NCBI GenBank assembly: GCA_002269645.1
Contig: NIVC01001601.1
Coordinates: 310,578 to 374,577, forward strand
DNA: 64,000 bases
Reading direction: 5' to 3'
Source of the DNA: Macrostomum lignano
Taxonomy: Eukaryota
Shown in pieces: positions 1 through 11,500 of this stretch; position 1 is the first letter of the stretch, and each line of letters starts with the position of its first letter. The position numbers were made by a program, and so were the translations under genes. The notes beneath the pieces were generated by a model. That model made no database searches and was not told the origin of the DNA. It was given only the letters and a program-made list of their open reading frames with translations.

Positions 1-20
1 ATCCATCTATCTATCTATCC

Positions 21-54
<34 letters not shown>

Positions 55-63
55 TTATCTATA

Positions 64-104
<41 letters not shown>

Positions 105-116
105 GTCTATCTATCC

Positions 117-190
<74 letters not shown>

Positions 191-195
191 CTATA

Positions 196-272
<77 letters not shown>
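1..272. repeat. (ATCT)n microsatellite
   Basis: Near-perfect tetranucleotide array. Confidence 0.97.
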
Positions 273-1055
273 GACTATCAATCACACAAAGGTGTGCAAA
301 TTATCCACTAATTGTGTCCATACGAAGCCAGCAGTCCGTAGGCTCTTAACACCAACAGCCCGGGTCTGTCCGACCGCGGCATAGTGGGGGAGGCAGCAGC
401 AACAACTTATAATTGCCGAATCCTTCCTCATCGCGGCAGTCACGGACAGCCAGCAGCTGAAATTTCTACCCGGCATGGTTAGCAAAAATCAGAAACAAAT
501 AATTCCCAGACAGCCTGACTGACAGGCGCAAATGTATTTTATAATGCAGCGGAGAGAGCTGCTTTTCAAGTTCGCGGACTGCTTCGCCTCCAGTGGAATG
601 GCGCACCAGAAGTGCACCAATTCAGAGATCGTCCTGAATGGCTTTATGCTGAAGAACTGATCGACTGATCGAGCTTAAAACTTAACAAACTCGAATCTTC
701 ACAGAAATGGAAATCGAACTGCAAGCTCTGCACCCCGGCTTACACATGTATAATCGCCGAAAATATGCTTTGCTTATCTTCTCATAAGCAACCTTAAACA
801 GGAGGAGCCAATTGTCTTCTCCTCCAGAGCTAAATGTAGTACAGAGCCCTGCTTATCTCTGACAGCTCAATCAGGGGCTTAACGTATTTAGTTTTGCGTT
901 CCGGCAGATCCGATTTGTGAACAGCACAGATGGCTTGGATCACAGGGGAATTCCTGTGCGGGGGGTAAATTTTATTCCTGTTTTTCTACTGTAAGTAGAA
1001 GGTGTGGAAATTTTCGGCCTGAATTGATGCTCCAGCTTACACCTGTTCCTTATAG

Positions 1056-2780
1056 GCTCCATCAGCCTTTCTCACCTGCCTGCTCTGCGCCATATTACCA
1101 CTGTCATCAGCTGCTCGCCGCCAGCACCGCCGTCGGGGGGCTGGTTTCCATGGCAACCGGGCCTCAGCTGGCAGCCGCCGCGGCCGCCGCAGCCGCCGCA
1201 GCCACAGCGGCAATGAGCCCCGCGACTGCTGCGGCGGGAGCCCCCTGCTGCTACTGGCCGAGTCAGGAGCTGCCGCCTGCGGCCGCTGACTGCGGAGCCT
1301 CCGCCGCGCTGCAACTGCTTCAGGTGAGCGGCGTCAGGAAGCTGAGAGGCTAGAGTAGGTTCAAAGTGGTGTTAAAGTAAATGCAGAGTGAGGGTAGTGT
1401 GAATAGAGATTGAGAGTAGAGTAGATAGAGAGTGGTGGTAGAGTAGATAGAGAGTGAGAGTAGAGTAGATAGAGAGTGGTGGTAGAGTAGATAGAGAGTG
1501 GTGGTAGAGTAGATAGAGAGTGGTGGTAGAGTAGATAGAGAGTGGTGGTAGAGTAGATAGAGAGTGGTGGTAGAGTAGATAGAGAGTGGTGGTAGAGTAG
1601 ATAATTGAGAGTGATGGTAGAGTAGATAGAGAGTGATGGTAGAGTAGATAGAGAGTGGTGGTAGAGTACATAGAGAGTGGTGGTAGAGTACATAGAGAGT
1701 GGTGGTAGAGTAGATAATTGAGAGTGATGGTAGAGTAGATAGAGAGTGGTGGTAGAGTACATAGAGAGTGGTGGTAGAGTAGATAATTGAGAGTGATGGT
1801 AGAGTAGATAGAGAGTGGTGGTAGAGTACATAGAGAGTGGTGGTAGAGTAGATAATTGAGAGTGAGAGTAGAGTAGATAAAGAGTGAGAGTAGAGTAGAT
1901 AGAGAGTGATGGTAGAGTAGATAGAGAGTGATGGTAGAGTAGATAGAGAGTGAGAGTAGAGTAGATAGAGAGTGGTGGTAGAGTAGATAGAGAGTGGGAG
2001 TAGAGTAGATAGAGAGTGGTGGTAGAGTAGATAGAGAGTGAGAGTAGAGTAGATAGAGAGTGATGGTAGAGTAGATAGAGAGTGAGAGTAGAGTAGATAG
2101 AGAGTGGTGGTAGAGTAGATAGAGAGTGGTGGTAGAGTACATAGAGAGTGGTGGTAGAGTAGATAGAGAGTGGTGGTAGAGTAGATAGAGAGTGGTGGTA
2201 GAGTAGATAATTGAGAGTGATGGTAGAGTAGATAGAGAGTGGTGGTAGAGTACATAGAGAGTGAGAGTAGAGTAGATAGAGAGTGAGAGTAGAGTAGATA
2301 GAGAGTGGTGGTAGAGTAGATAGAGAGTGAGAGTAGAGTAGATAGAGAGTGATGGTAGAGTAGATAGAGAGTGATGGTAGAGTACATAGAGAGTGATGGT
2401 AGAGTAGATAGAGAGTGATGGTAGAGTAGATAGAGAGTGGTGGTAGAGTAGATAGAGAGTGGTGGTAGAGTAGATAGAGAGTGAGAATAGAGTAGATTGA
2501 GAGTGAGAGTAGAGTAGATAGAGAGGCCAGTGTGAGAAGTAGGCTCGTATCTGCCTCAGGACAGTGGGGTGCTGCACAAGGCATATCAATCATTCAATTG
2601 GCAACCGCACCTGATCGCTTCCAGACCCCGAGCTTGACTCCTCAGCTGCAGTATTACGCAATCAGCTCGCCGCAGTTCCCTACTCAGACCGTGCAGCCTC
2701 ACCAGACCTGCCCCATCAACACTGCGGCGCCTGCCTACCTGCAGCAGCCGCAGCAGCACTCGATGGAGCGGAGGCAGTGA
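1056..2780 (+). CDS. Last exons of an unidentified low-complexity Ala/Gln/Pro-rich protein (exons 1056-1323, 2565-2780)
   Basis: Acceptor ttatag at 1055. Open GC-rich frame (LHQPFSPACSAPYY...MATGPQLAAAAAAAAAATAA...LQLLQ) ends at a strong CAG|GTGAG donor (1323). After a 22-bp-repeat intron, the acceptor gacag|TGG (2564/2565) continues in phase 0 to a TGA at 2778-2780. No recognisable domain; upstream exons not resolved. Confidence 0.45.
1395..2523. repeat. 22-bp minisatellite (AGAGTAGATAGAGAGTGGTGGT), intronic
   Basis: Tandem units visible; they generate the 22-aa-periodic false ORFs at 1350-2593. Confidence 0.95.
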
Positions 2781-4394
2781 ATTATTAATCTGCTCAACAT
2801 GATGTATTGGTGAAATTTTATTTGATAAGATACACTTACAATATATTTAATAGCATCGAGACCTTTATGAAGCATTTTGGTACTACATTTGCATGGGGCT
2901 GACTCTGTTTAAAATATAGCGAATTAAAGATTTTTTGACAACTGCTCAAGTCTATATGAACTGCACCTGTCATACTTGAGTTGCTTGAGAAATGTCAACT
3001 GCGAGAAACTTATGGTAGCAAGTATAAAAATTTTGATTAAATTTCACAAATAATATACTACTAGCTATTTCCAGTTAGAACAGTTCTTAGTCCAGTTAGA
3101 AACTTTCTTTAACTGCGTTTCATAGATACTTATTTCACAGACATGCTACTAACAGAAAGTAAACGAGTAGTCTCATGAACATTTATAAAAGTAGCCGTTA
3201 CAACTAGAAAAAAATAAAGGCACTTAAACGTGTTTCTATTTGCCAGTAAGCACATCAGTTTATGGCAAAGAAGTTCCGCACAAATACTTGTTTTATTTAT
3301 ATATTTTCTATTTTTTCACATTTAAACACATCGACACGTAATTATTTTTTATTTTTAAACGGTTTCAACAACAATACAACAGTCTGGACAAACAAATAAT
3401 AAGGATTTAAAATTCAGTGCATTATAACAACCAAAAAGACAAACAATTGGATGGCCATTGGCCGATGGTGAAACGGCGCATTTTTAATTTGAAGTTTTTA
3501 GATCTAAAAAAACGAAATGTTAAGCCTGGTATGGGGGCTAGGATGGCTTTAGCGGTTTAAAATAGTAGCTATTTGATTTTTGTGGAATTTAGTTAGCCAA
3601 ATATAGTGTTTTATTTTTTGACTGTTAATTATTTATTCCGACTTTTTCAGATAAAAGTATATAGCATGAATACTTGCTCGTATTATGCTAGTAATCTAGC
3701 TACTACATATATTTGTAATTAATAATAATTATAATAATAATAGTATAAGGAATAAAATTTAATAATAGTTTCATATAATCATAATAAAGCATGCATATAT
3801 TTGTAATAATAACTGTTTTATTTAAAACAGTATATATGTACTTCATTGAAGCGCAAAATTTTTTTCAAACAAAAGTAAAGACGCACTTTAATTACCCTAA
3901 ATAAGTTAGAAAGCAGCTAGAATTAAATTTGTTTCAAGGAATGTGGGTTATTTGATAATATCAAAGAAACAACAGCAAATGACGCACGGTAATATACGTG
4001 TAAGTTTCGTATTTGTTCATCTGGTGCTATTAGCTTATAAAGAAATTAAAAAATAATTAAAGAAATATTTAATATTTAAACGCACAAATTTAGAATAAGA
4101 ATTTCAATATGCTATTTAATGTATCGATAGCATTTGAATTCACTGAAGAATGTAGATATTTTTTTTTAATTTAATGCAAGTCTTCTCACCTCCAGATCTA
4201 CTTGCAGTATGTTGCAGTCATATACTACACGTACTACACGAAGGCATGTACTACACGTCTCATTGGCTTGAATTTCGTAAACGCTTTGTGCGCTAAAAAC
4301 GCTTCTAATTCCCAATGCTAGCGTTAAAAATAGTCTGTTTAAAGGTTCAAATTAAGGTTTCAATTTTTTTAACTTCAATCGTCGCGCAGTCCTG

Positions 4395-7300
4395 CTAGTA
4401 TCCTGTCGGGTGCTCCTCGCGGTGCTGCTGCTGCTGTTGCTGCACAAAAGTTGGCTTAGTGGTGAACTGAGGCCCGCCAGCGCCGCCCTGCTGGTTGCCA
4501 TAGTAACTAAAGTAGCCATTATTGGTCTGCTGCTGCTGCTGCGGATGCTGCTGAGGCCATGAGTCCTCCATTGTGCCAGATTTCTGTGTCGGCGGTGGCG
4601 GAGGTCGCGGCGGAGGCGGCTGCTGCTGGTTGCCAGCCGGTGGCTGCCACTCCGCCTCGTCAGGCGGCTCGGCCCAGGCCTGCTTCTCGCCTGAGGCGAA
4701 CAGGGCGTAGAATGTCACCCCGGCGAAGTGGATTAGCGAGGCGATTAGGAACACCTTCGACCAGGATTGCTGCTTCTGGAAGAGGGTGAAGTGGTGTTTG
4801 ATGGGCCTCCGAATGTTGTAAGAGGCCAAAATCTGTAGGTATCTCAAAGGTTGTCTGAAGGGTATCTCAAAGGTTGTCTGAGGGTATCTTAAAGGTTTCT
4901 GGGGGTATCTTAAAGGTTATCTGGGGGTATCTCAAAGGTTGTCTTGATGGTATCTTAAAGGTTGTCTTGATGGTATCTTAAATATTGTCTGGGGGTATCT
5001 CAAAGGTTGTCTGGAGGGTATCTTAAAGGTTGTCTGGGGGGTATCTCAAAGGTTACCTGGAGGGTATCTCAAAGGTTGTCTGAAGGGTATCTCAAAGGTT
5101 GTCTGGGGGGTATCTTAAAGGTTGTCTGGGGGGTATCTTAAAGGTTATCTGGAGGTATCTTAAAGGTTTTCTGAAGGGTATCTTAAAGGTTGTCTTGATT
5201 GTATCTTAAAGGTTGTCTGAAGGGTATCTTAAAGGTTGTCTTGATGGTATCTTAAAAATTGTCTGGGGGGTAATCTCAAAGGTTACCTAGAGGGTATCTC
5301 AAAGGTTGTCTGAAGGGTATCTCAAAGGTTGTCTGGGGGGTATCTTAAAGGTTGTCTGATGGGTATCCTAAAGGTTGTCTGGGGGTATCTTAAAGGTTGT
5401 CTTGATGGTATCTTAAAGGTTGTCTGAGGGGTAATCTCAAAGGTTACCTGGGGGGTATCTCAAAGGTTACCTGGAGGGTATCTCAAAGGTTGTCTGAAGG
5501 GTATCTCAAAGGTTGTCTGGGGGGTATCTTAAAGGTTGTCTGAAGGGTATCCTAAAGGTTGTCTCGAGGGTATCTCAAAGGTTATCTGGAGGGTATCTCA
5601 AAGGTTGTCATCGACTGACCAATCAAGCCTAACAAATGGCATATCGATGGTATCTGAATTTTAGTCAGGGCCAGGGGGTTGCACGGTCTGAACATCTGCC
5701 AGAGTGCGGGCGGCCTCTCACATGATCTCTGACCAGGTTGACGGTAACCACCGGTACCAGCATGCCGGAGAAGGTGCCGATACCGTTGGAGAGTCCCATG
5801 AGGACGCTGGCGTACCGCGGAGCAATGTCCAGGTGGTTCACGTTGTAGCCTGGGGGAGTTTTATTGATATTGAGGGATAATTGGTAGTACTAGCTCTGTT
5901 CTATTCTACCTTCTATTCTACTCTGTTCTATTCTACTCTACGCTGTTGTATTCTACTCTACTGTTGTATTCTACTCCACTCTGTTCTATTCTACTCTACT
6001 CTGTTCTATTCTAATCTAGTCTGTTCTATTCTACTCTAGTCTGTTCTATTCTAATCTAGTCTGTTCTATTCTACTCTAGTCTGTTCTATTCTAATCTAGT
6101 CTGTTCTATTCTATTCTACTCTAGTCTGTTCTATTCTACTCTACTCTGTTCTATTCTACTCTACTTTGTTCTATTCTAATCTAGTCTGTTCTATTCTACT
6201 ATACTCTGTTCTATTCTAATCTAGTCTGTTCTATTCTACTCTAGTCTGTTCTATTCTAATCTACTCTGTTCTATTCTACCTTCTAATCTAGTCTGTTCTA
6301 TTCTACTCTACTCTGTTCTATTCTAATCTAGTCTGTTCTATTCTACTCTAGTCTGTTCTATTCTACTCTACTCTGTTCTATTATAATCTAGTCTGTTCTA
6401 TTCTACTCTAGTCTGTTCTATTCTACTCTAGTCTGTTCTATTCTACTCTACTCTGTTCTATTCTACTATACTCTGTTCTATTCTACTCTACGCTGTTCTA
6501 TTCTACTCTACTGTTGTATTCTACTCCACTCTGTTCTATTCTACCTTCTAATCTAGTCTGTTCTATTCTACTCTACTCTGTTCTATTCTAATCTAGTCTG
6601 TTCTATTCTACTCTAGTCTGTTCTATTCTACTCTACTCTGTTCTATTATAATCTAGTCTGTTCTATTCTACTCTAGTCTGTTCTATTCTACTCTACTCTG
6701 TTCTATTCTACTCTACTCTGTTCTATTCTACTCTACTCTGTTCTATTCTACTCTACTTTGTTCTATTCTACTCCACTCTGTTCTATTCTACTCTACTCTG
6801 TTCTATTCTAATCTAGTCTGTTCTATTCTACTCTAGTCTGTTCTATTCTAATCTAGTCTGTTCTATTCTACTCTAGTCTGTTCTATTCTAATCTAGTCTG
6901 TTCTATTCTACTCTAGTCTGTTCTATTCTACTCTACTCTGTTCTTTTCTACTCTACTCTGTTCTATTCTACTCTACGCTGTTCTATTCTACTCTACTGTT
7001 GTATTCTACTCCACTCTGTTCTATTCTACCTTCTAATCTAGTCTGTTCTATTCTACTCTACTCTGTTCTATTCTAATCTAGTCTGTTCTATTCTACTCTA
7101 GTCTGTTCTATTCTACTCTACTCTGTTCTATTATAATCTAGTCTGTTCTATTCTACTCTAGTCTTTTCTATTCTACTCTACTCTGTTCTATTCTACTCTA
7201 CTCTGTTCTATTCTACTCTACTCTGTTCTATTCTACTCTACTTTGTTCTATTCTAATCTAGTCTGTTCTATTCTAATCCAGTCTGTTCTATTCTACTCTA

Positions 7301-8472
7301 GTCTGTTCTATTCTACTCTAGTCTGTTCTATTCTAATCTAGTCTGTTCTATTCTAATCTAGTCTGTTCTATTCTACTCTACTCTGTTCTATTCTAATCTA
7401 GTCTGTTCTATTCTACTCTAGTCTGTTCTATTCTACTCTACTCTGTTCTATTATAATCTAGTCTGTTCTATTCTACTCTAGTCTGTTCTATTCTACTCTA
7501 CTCTGTTCTATTCTACTCTACTCTGTTCTATTCTACTCTACTTTGTTCTATTCTAATCTAGTCTGTTCTATTCTACTCTAGTCTGTTCTATTCTACTCTA
7601 CTCTGTTCTATTCTACTCTACTCTGTTCTATTCTACTCTACGCTGTTCTATTCTACTCTACTGTTGTATTCTACTCCACTCTGTTCTATTCTACCTTCTA
7701 TTCTACTCTGTTCTATTCTACTCTACGCTGTTATATTCTACTCTACTCTGTTATATTCTACTCTAGTCTGTTATATTCTACTCTAGTCTGTTATATTCTA
7801 CTCTAGTCTGTTCTATTCTACTCTAGTCTGTTCTATTCTACTCTAGTCTGTTCTATTCTACTCTAGTCTGTTCTATTCTACTCTAGTCTAGTCTATTCTA
7901 CTCTACTGTTATATTCTACTCTACTCTGTTCTACCCATATCCAGCTATTTCATTTAATTCAACCGAAACCGGCTTCATTCTACTCTAAATTTTGTGAAAT
8001 TTTAACTCGCGATATTCCTTGCTACTCTTCAGTAGGCTATGTCGGATTTTTTGCTATCGTTTAGTTTTGTTCTGAAAAATAAAAAAATACTGATCTCTAT
8101 AGTTCATGTGTCTTCGGCCTTACTTAAGCCGCCATTGCTTCAATAAACGTCCATCAATTTCAACTCTTTGCTCTGTTAATTCCCTCCATTTGCCACTGAA
8201 GTTCTGCAGTGGCTCACCGGAAATGGCGAAGCCGCTGAAGCTCACGGCGATGGTCAGGCAGACGATGGACGTAGTGGAGTCGGTGGAGTAGCCAACCACA
8301 AGCAAGAAGATTGCTTCCATCCCGAAGCCTAGAAAAAAAATATTAAAAAAGAAGAGCTGGTTTTGTTTTTATCAAGCTAAAAATATGCAGACGTGCGCGC
8401 CCAGTTATTTTAGGGACAGACAGATGAAAAATAAGGAATGCGACTGAAAATTAAAGAAATTCGAATAGAAGT

Positions 8473-8536
<64 letters not shown>

Positions 8537-11500
8537 GATAGATTGAGAAGAGAGGAGACACTGAGGAGAGAAGAGAGAGAGAGGATAGAGGTAAGGGAGA
8601 GGGTAGAGTGAGGAGAGAGAGGGTAGAGTGAGAGGAGAGAGAGGGTAGAGTGAGAAGAGAGAGAGGGTAGAGTGAGGAGAGAGAGGGTAGAGTGAGAGGA
8701 GAGAGAGGGTAGAGTGAGAAGAGAGAGAGTACAGTGAGAAGAGAGAGGGAGAGTGAGAAGAGAGAGAGAGTAGAGTGAGAAGAGAGAGAGAGAGGGTAGA
8801 GTGAGAAGAGAGAGGGAGAGTGAGAAGAGAGAGAGTAGAGTGAGAAGAGAGAGAGTAGAGTGAGAAGAGAGTAGAGTGAGAAGAGAGAGGGTAGAGTGAG
8901 ATTGAGAGTCTGTAGGGCAGCCAGCACCGCAGCATCCAGTGAAGCATCATCAGCACTGAGCTGCCTCGCCCCGCAGCCACTGTTTAATCTGTTAATTGCT
9001 AGACAGACAAACACAATACGCTCGCATTAACGGTGACTTCCATTTTTGATCATATAAGCTTGGCCAGGTGGAGCGCTCGCTGATGGAGAGGACTCAGCGA
9101 TGGAACTCCCCAATATTTAAGCGCTCATGCAGCCCGACTCCTCATGGAATTAAAAAATCCTATGGTTCCTATCCAAGGCCGGGGTTTTTTGCTCGACCCC
9201 CAGGGCCCCCTCTCTCTCCCTCCCTCCCTCCCAGTGTCTCCCGCATCCCACGCGCAAATGCACAGAGCAAACATGGGGCTTATGAACTGCATTAAGCTGC
9301 AGCTTTTATTCAAACGCACTGCATATTGCATGCCTGTCTGCCGTTCAGTGCAAAACAATGGCAAATACTGAAACTATGCGGAAGTGTAATCTATTCTTGT
9401 CTGCAGCGTCTGCTCGTCAGGATTGGGAAGATGATGTTGCATCTCGGATGGAAAATTTCAAATTCACTCGGGTTGTCAGTTTTCACTTTTTTAGTAGAAT
9501 AAAATGCCAAATGGGAGTTAAAGATGAGATCAACCCGCGGATCCATTAGGGGGCTTACGGGGGAAGACATGAGGAGTGGAGAACAGTCTCTCCAGTTAAA
9601 ATCGATTAGAGGATAATGGAGCCGGATTTGCGATTGTAAACAGGAAGATAAAAGCCCATTCTGGAGATTTTAAAAGCCTCTGGACTCTGACGGCGAGGAA
9701 CGTTCATGAATGATTTTAATCGCTCTTCAGACCGGTCAGAGACAGGCTTTTTAACTTCCAGACTAGTCATAGGGAGGCTTCTTTTTTACTTCCAGAGAAT
9801 AGAAACGTTTTTGACTTCCAGACTGGTCATAGACAGGTGTTTTGACTTCCAGACTGGTCATAGACAGGTGTTCTGACTTCCAGACTGGTCAGAGACAGGT
9901 GTTTTGCCTTCCAGACTGGTCATAGACAGGTGTTCTGACTTTCAGACTAGTCATACTCGTAGACAGGTTTTTTGGCTTCCAGACTAGTCATTGACAGGTG
10001 TTTTGACTTCCAGACTAGTCATAGGGAGAAATATTCTACACTGGTCATAGACAGTTCGATTTTAGAGTAGTCATACAGAAGCAAGGCCCATAAGTACTCT
10101 TCATAAATGCTCATATTAAAACTATTCATAAAGCTTCGCTCCCAGAAGTTCCTGTTGGCCATCCCAAGCCCCCGGCAAAACCCACCTCCGCAGTTGAAGA
10201 TCTTGCGCACTGCAGTTGTTGTCAGCAGCTTCTTGCGCAGTCGATCGGCCAGCTGACCGCCCAGCGGCACAATGATGGCCATGATGAGGTGCGGCAAGGC
10301 TGAGAAAAAGCCGCTCTGGAAATTTGGTTTCCATGGCAATGGTGAGTTAATTCTGGCACTAACCCTAACCCCAACCTTACACGCTCACCTTAGTCATATC
10401 GTACTTGAACACGTCTCTAAAATACTTGGTCTGCTCAGTGATGAGCAGATAGAATGACCAACTGCGTGCGAAGTTGGCCACTATGATGGCGTAGACAGGC
10501 ATCGAGGTGAAGAACTTTGCCCAAGGGATTTTCATGTTCTAAAAGTTTACAAAGGAGCGTTGGACTCAACAGTTGCAAGCTGAGGCCTATTTCAGACAAT
10601 CCAGGTTGCCTTGCTTTTAAAGAAACCTGAGAGAAAAACAGGAAGAAGATAAAGAGAAGAGGAGACAGAGAGAGACGGGGGAGAGAGTGGGAGAAAGAGA
10701 TGCGAGAGAAAAAGAGAGATAAAGAGAGAGGGGGGGAGAGAGGGGGAAGAGAGGGGAATAGAGAGGGGAGAGAGGGGAGAGAGGGGAAAGAAAGGGGAAA
10801 GAGAGTGAGGGGAAGCGAGAGGGGGAAGAGAGGGAGAGGAAGAGCGAGGGGGAGAGAGAGGGAAGAGAGGGAGGGGAAGAGCGAGGGGGAGAGAGAGGGA
10901 AGAGAGAGGAGGAAGAGAGAGAGAGAGAAATAGAGAGTGGGAGAGAGGGGGAAAGAAAGAGGGTAAGAGAGAGAGGGGGAATAGAGAGAGGGGGAGAGAG
11001 AGAGGGGGAAGAGAGGGGGGAGAGAGGGGGAAGAGAGGGGAAGAGAGGGGAAAGAGAGGGAAAGAGAGGGGAAGAGAGGGGAAGAGAGGGGAAGAGAGGG
11101 GGAAGAGAGGGGAAGAGAGGGGAAGAGAGGGGAATAGAGAGGGGGAAGAGAGGGGAATAGAGAGGGGAATAGAGAGGGGGAAGAGAGGGGGAAGAGAGGG
11201 GGAAGAGAGGGGGAAGAGAGGGGAATAGAGAGGGAAGAGAGGGGAAGAGAGGGGGAAGAGAGGGGGAAGAGAGGGGGAAGAGAGGGGAAGAGAGGGGGAA
11301 GAGAGGGGAAGAGAGGGGGAAGAGAGGGGGAAGAGAGGGGGAAGAGAGGGGGAAGAGAGGGGAAGAGAGGGGAAGAGAGGGGCAAGAGAGGGGCAAGAGA
11401 GGGGCAAGAGAGGGGGAAGAGAGGGGGAAGAGAGGGTGAAGAGAGGGTGAAGAGAGGGTGAAGAGAGGGGAAAAGAGAGGGGGAAGAGAGGGGAAGAGAG

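Noticed and set aside
383-660. Possible spliced coding tail (...ESFLIAAVTDSQQLKFLPGM|RRELLFKFADCF...MLKN*)
   Set aside because: The phase-0 join is possible, but the acceptor upstream is weak, two frames are open and no homology was recognised; unsupported.
1350-2593. 345-410 aa ORFs in three minus frames
   Set aside because: Translations of a 22-bp stop-free minisatellite inside an intron; 22-aa periodicity in all frames.
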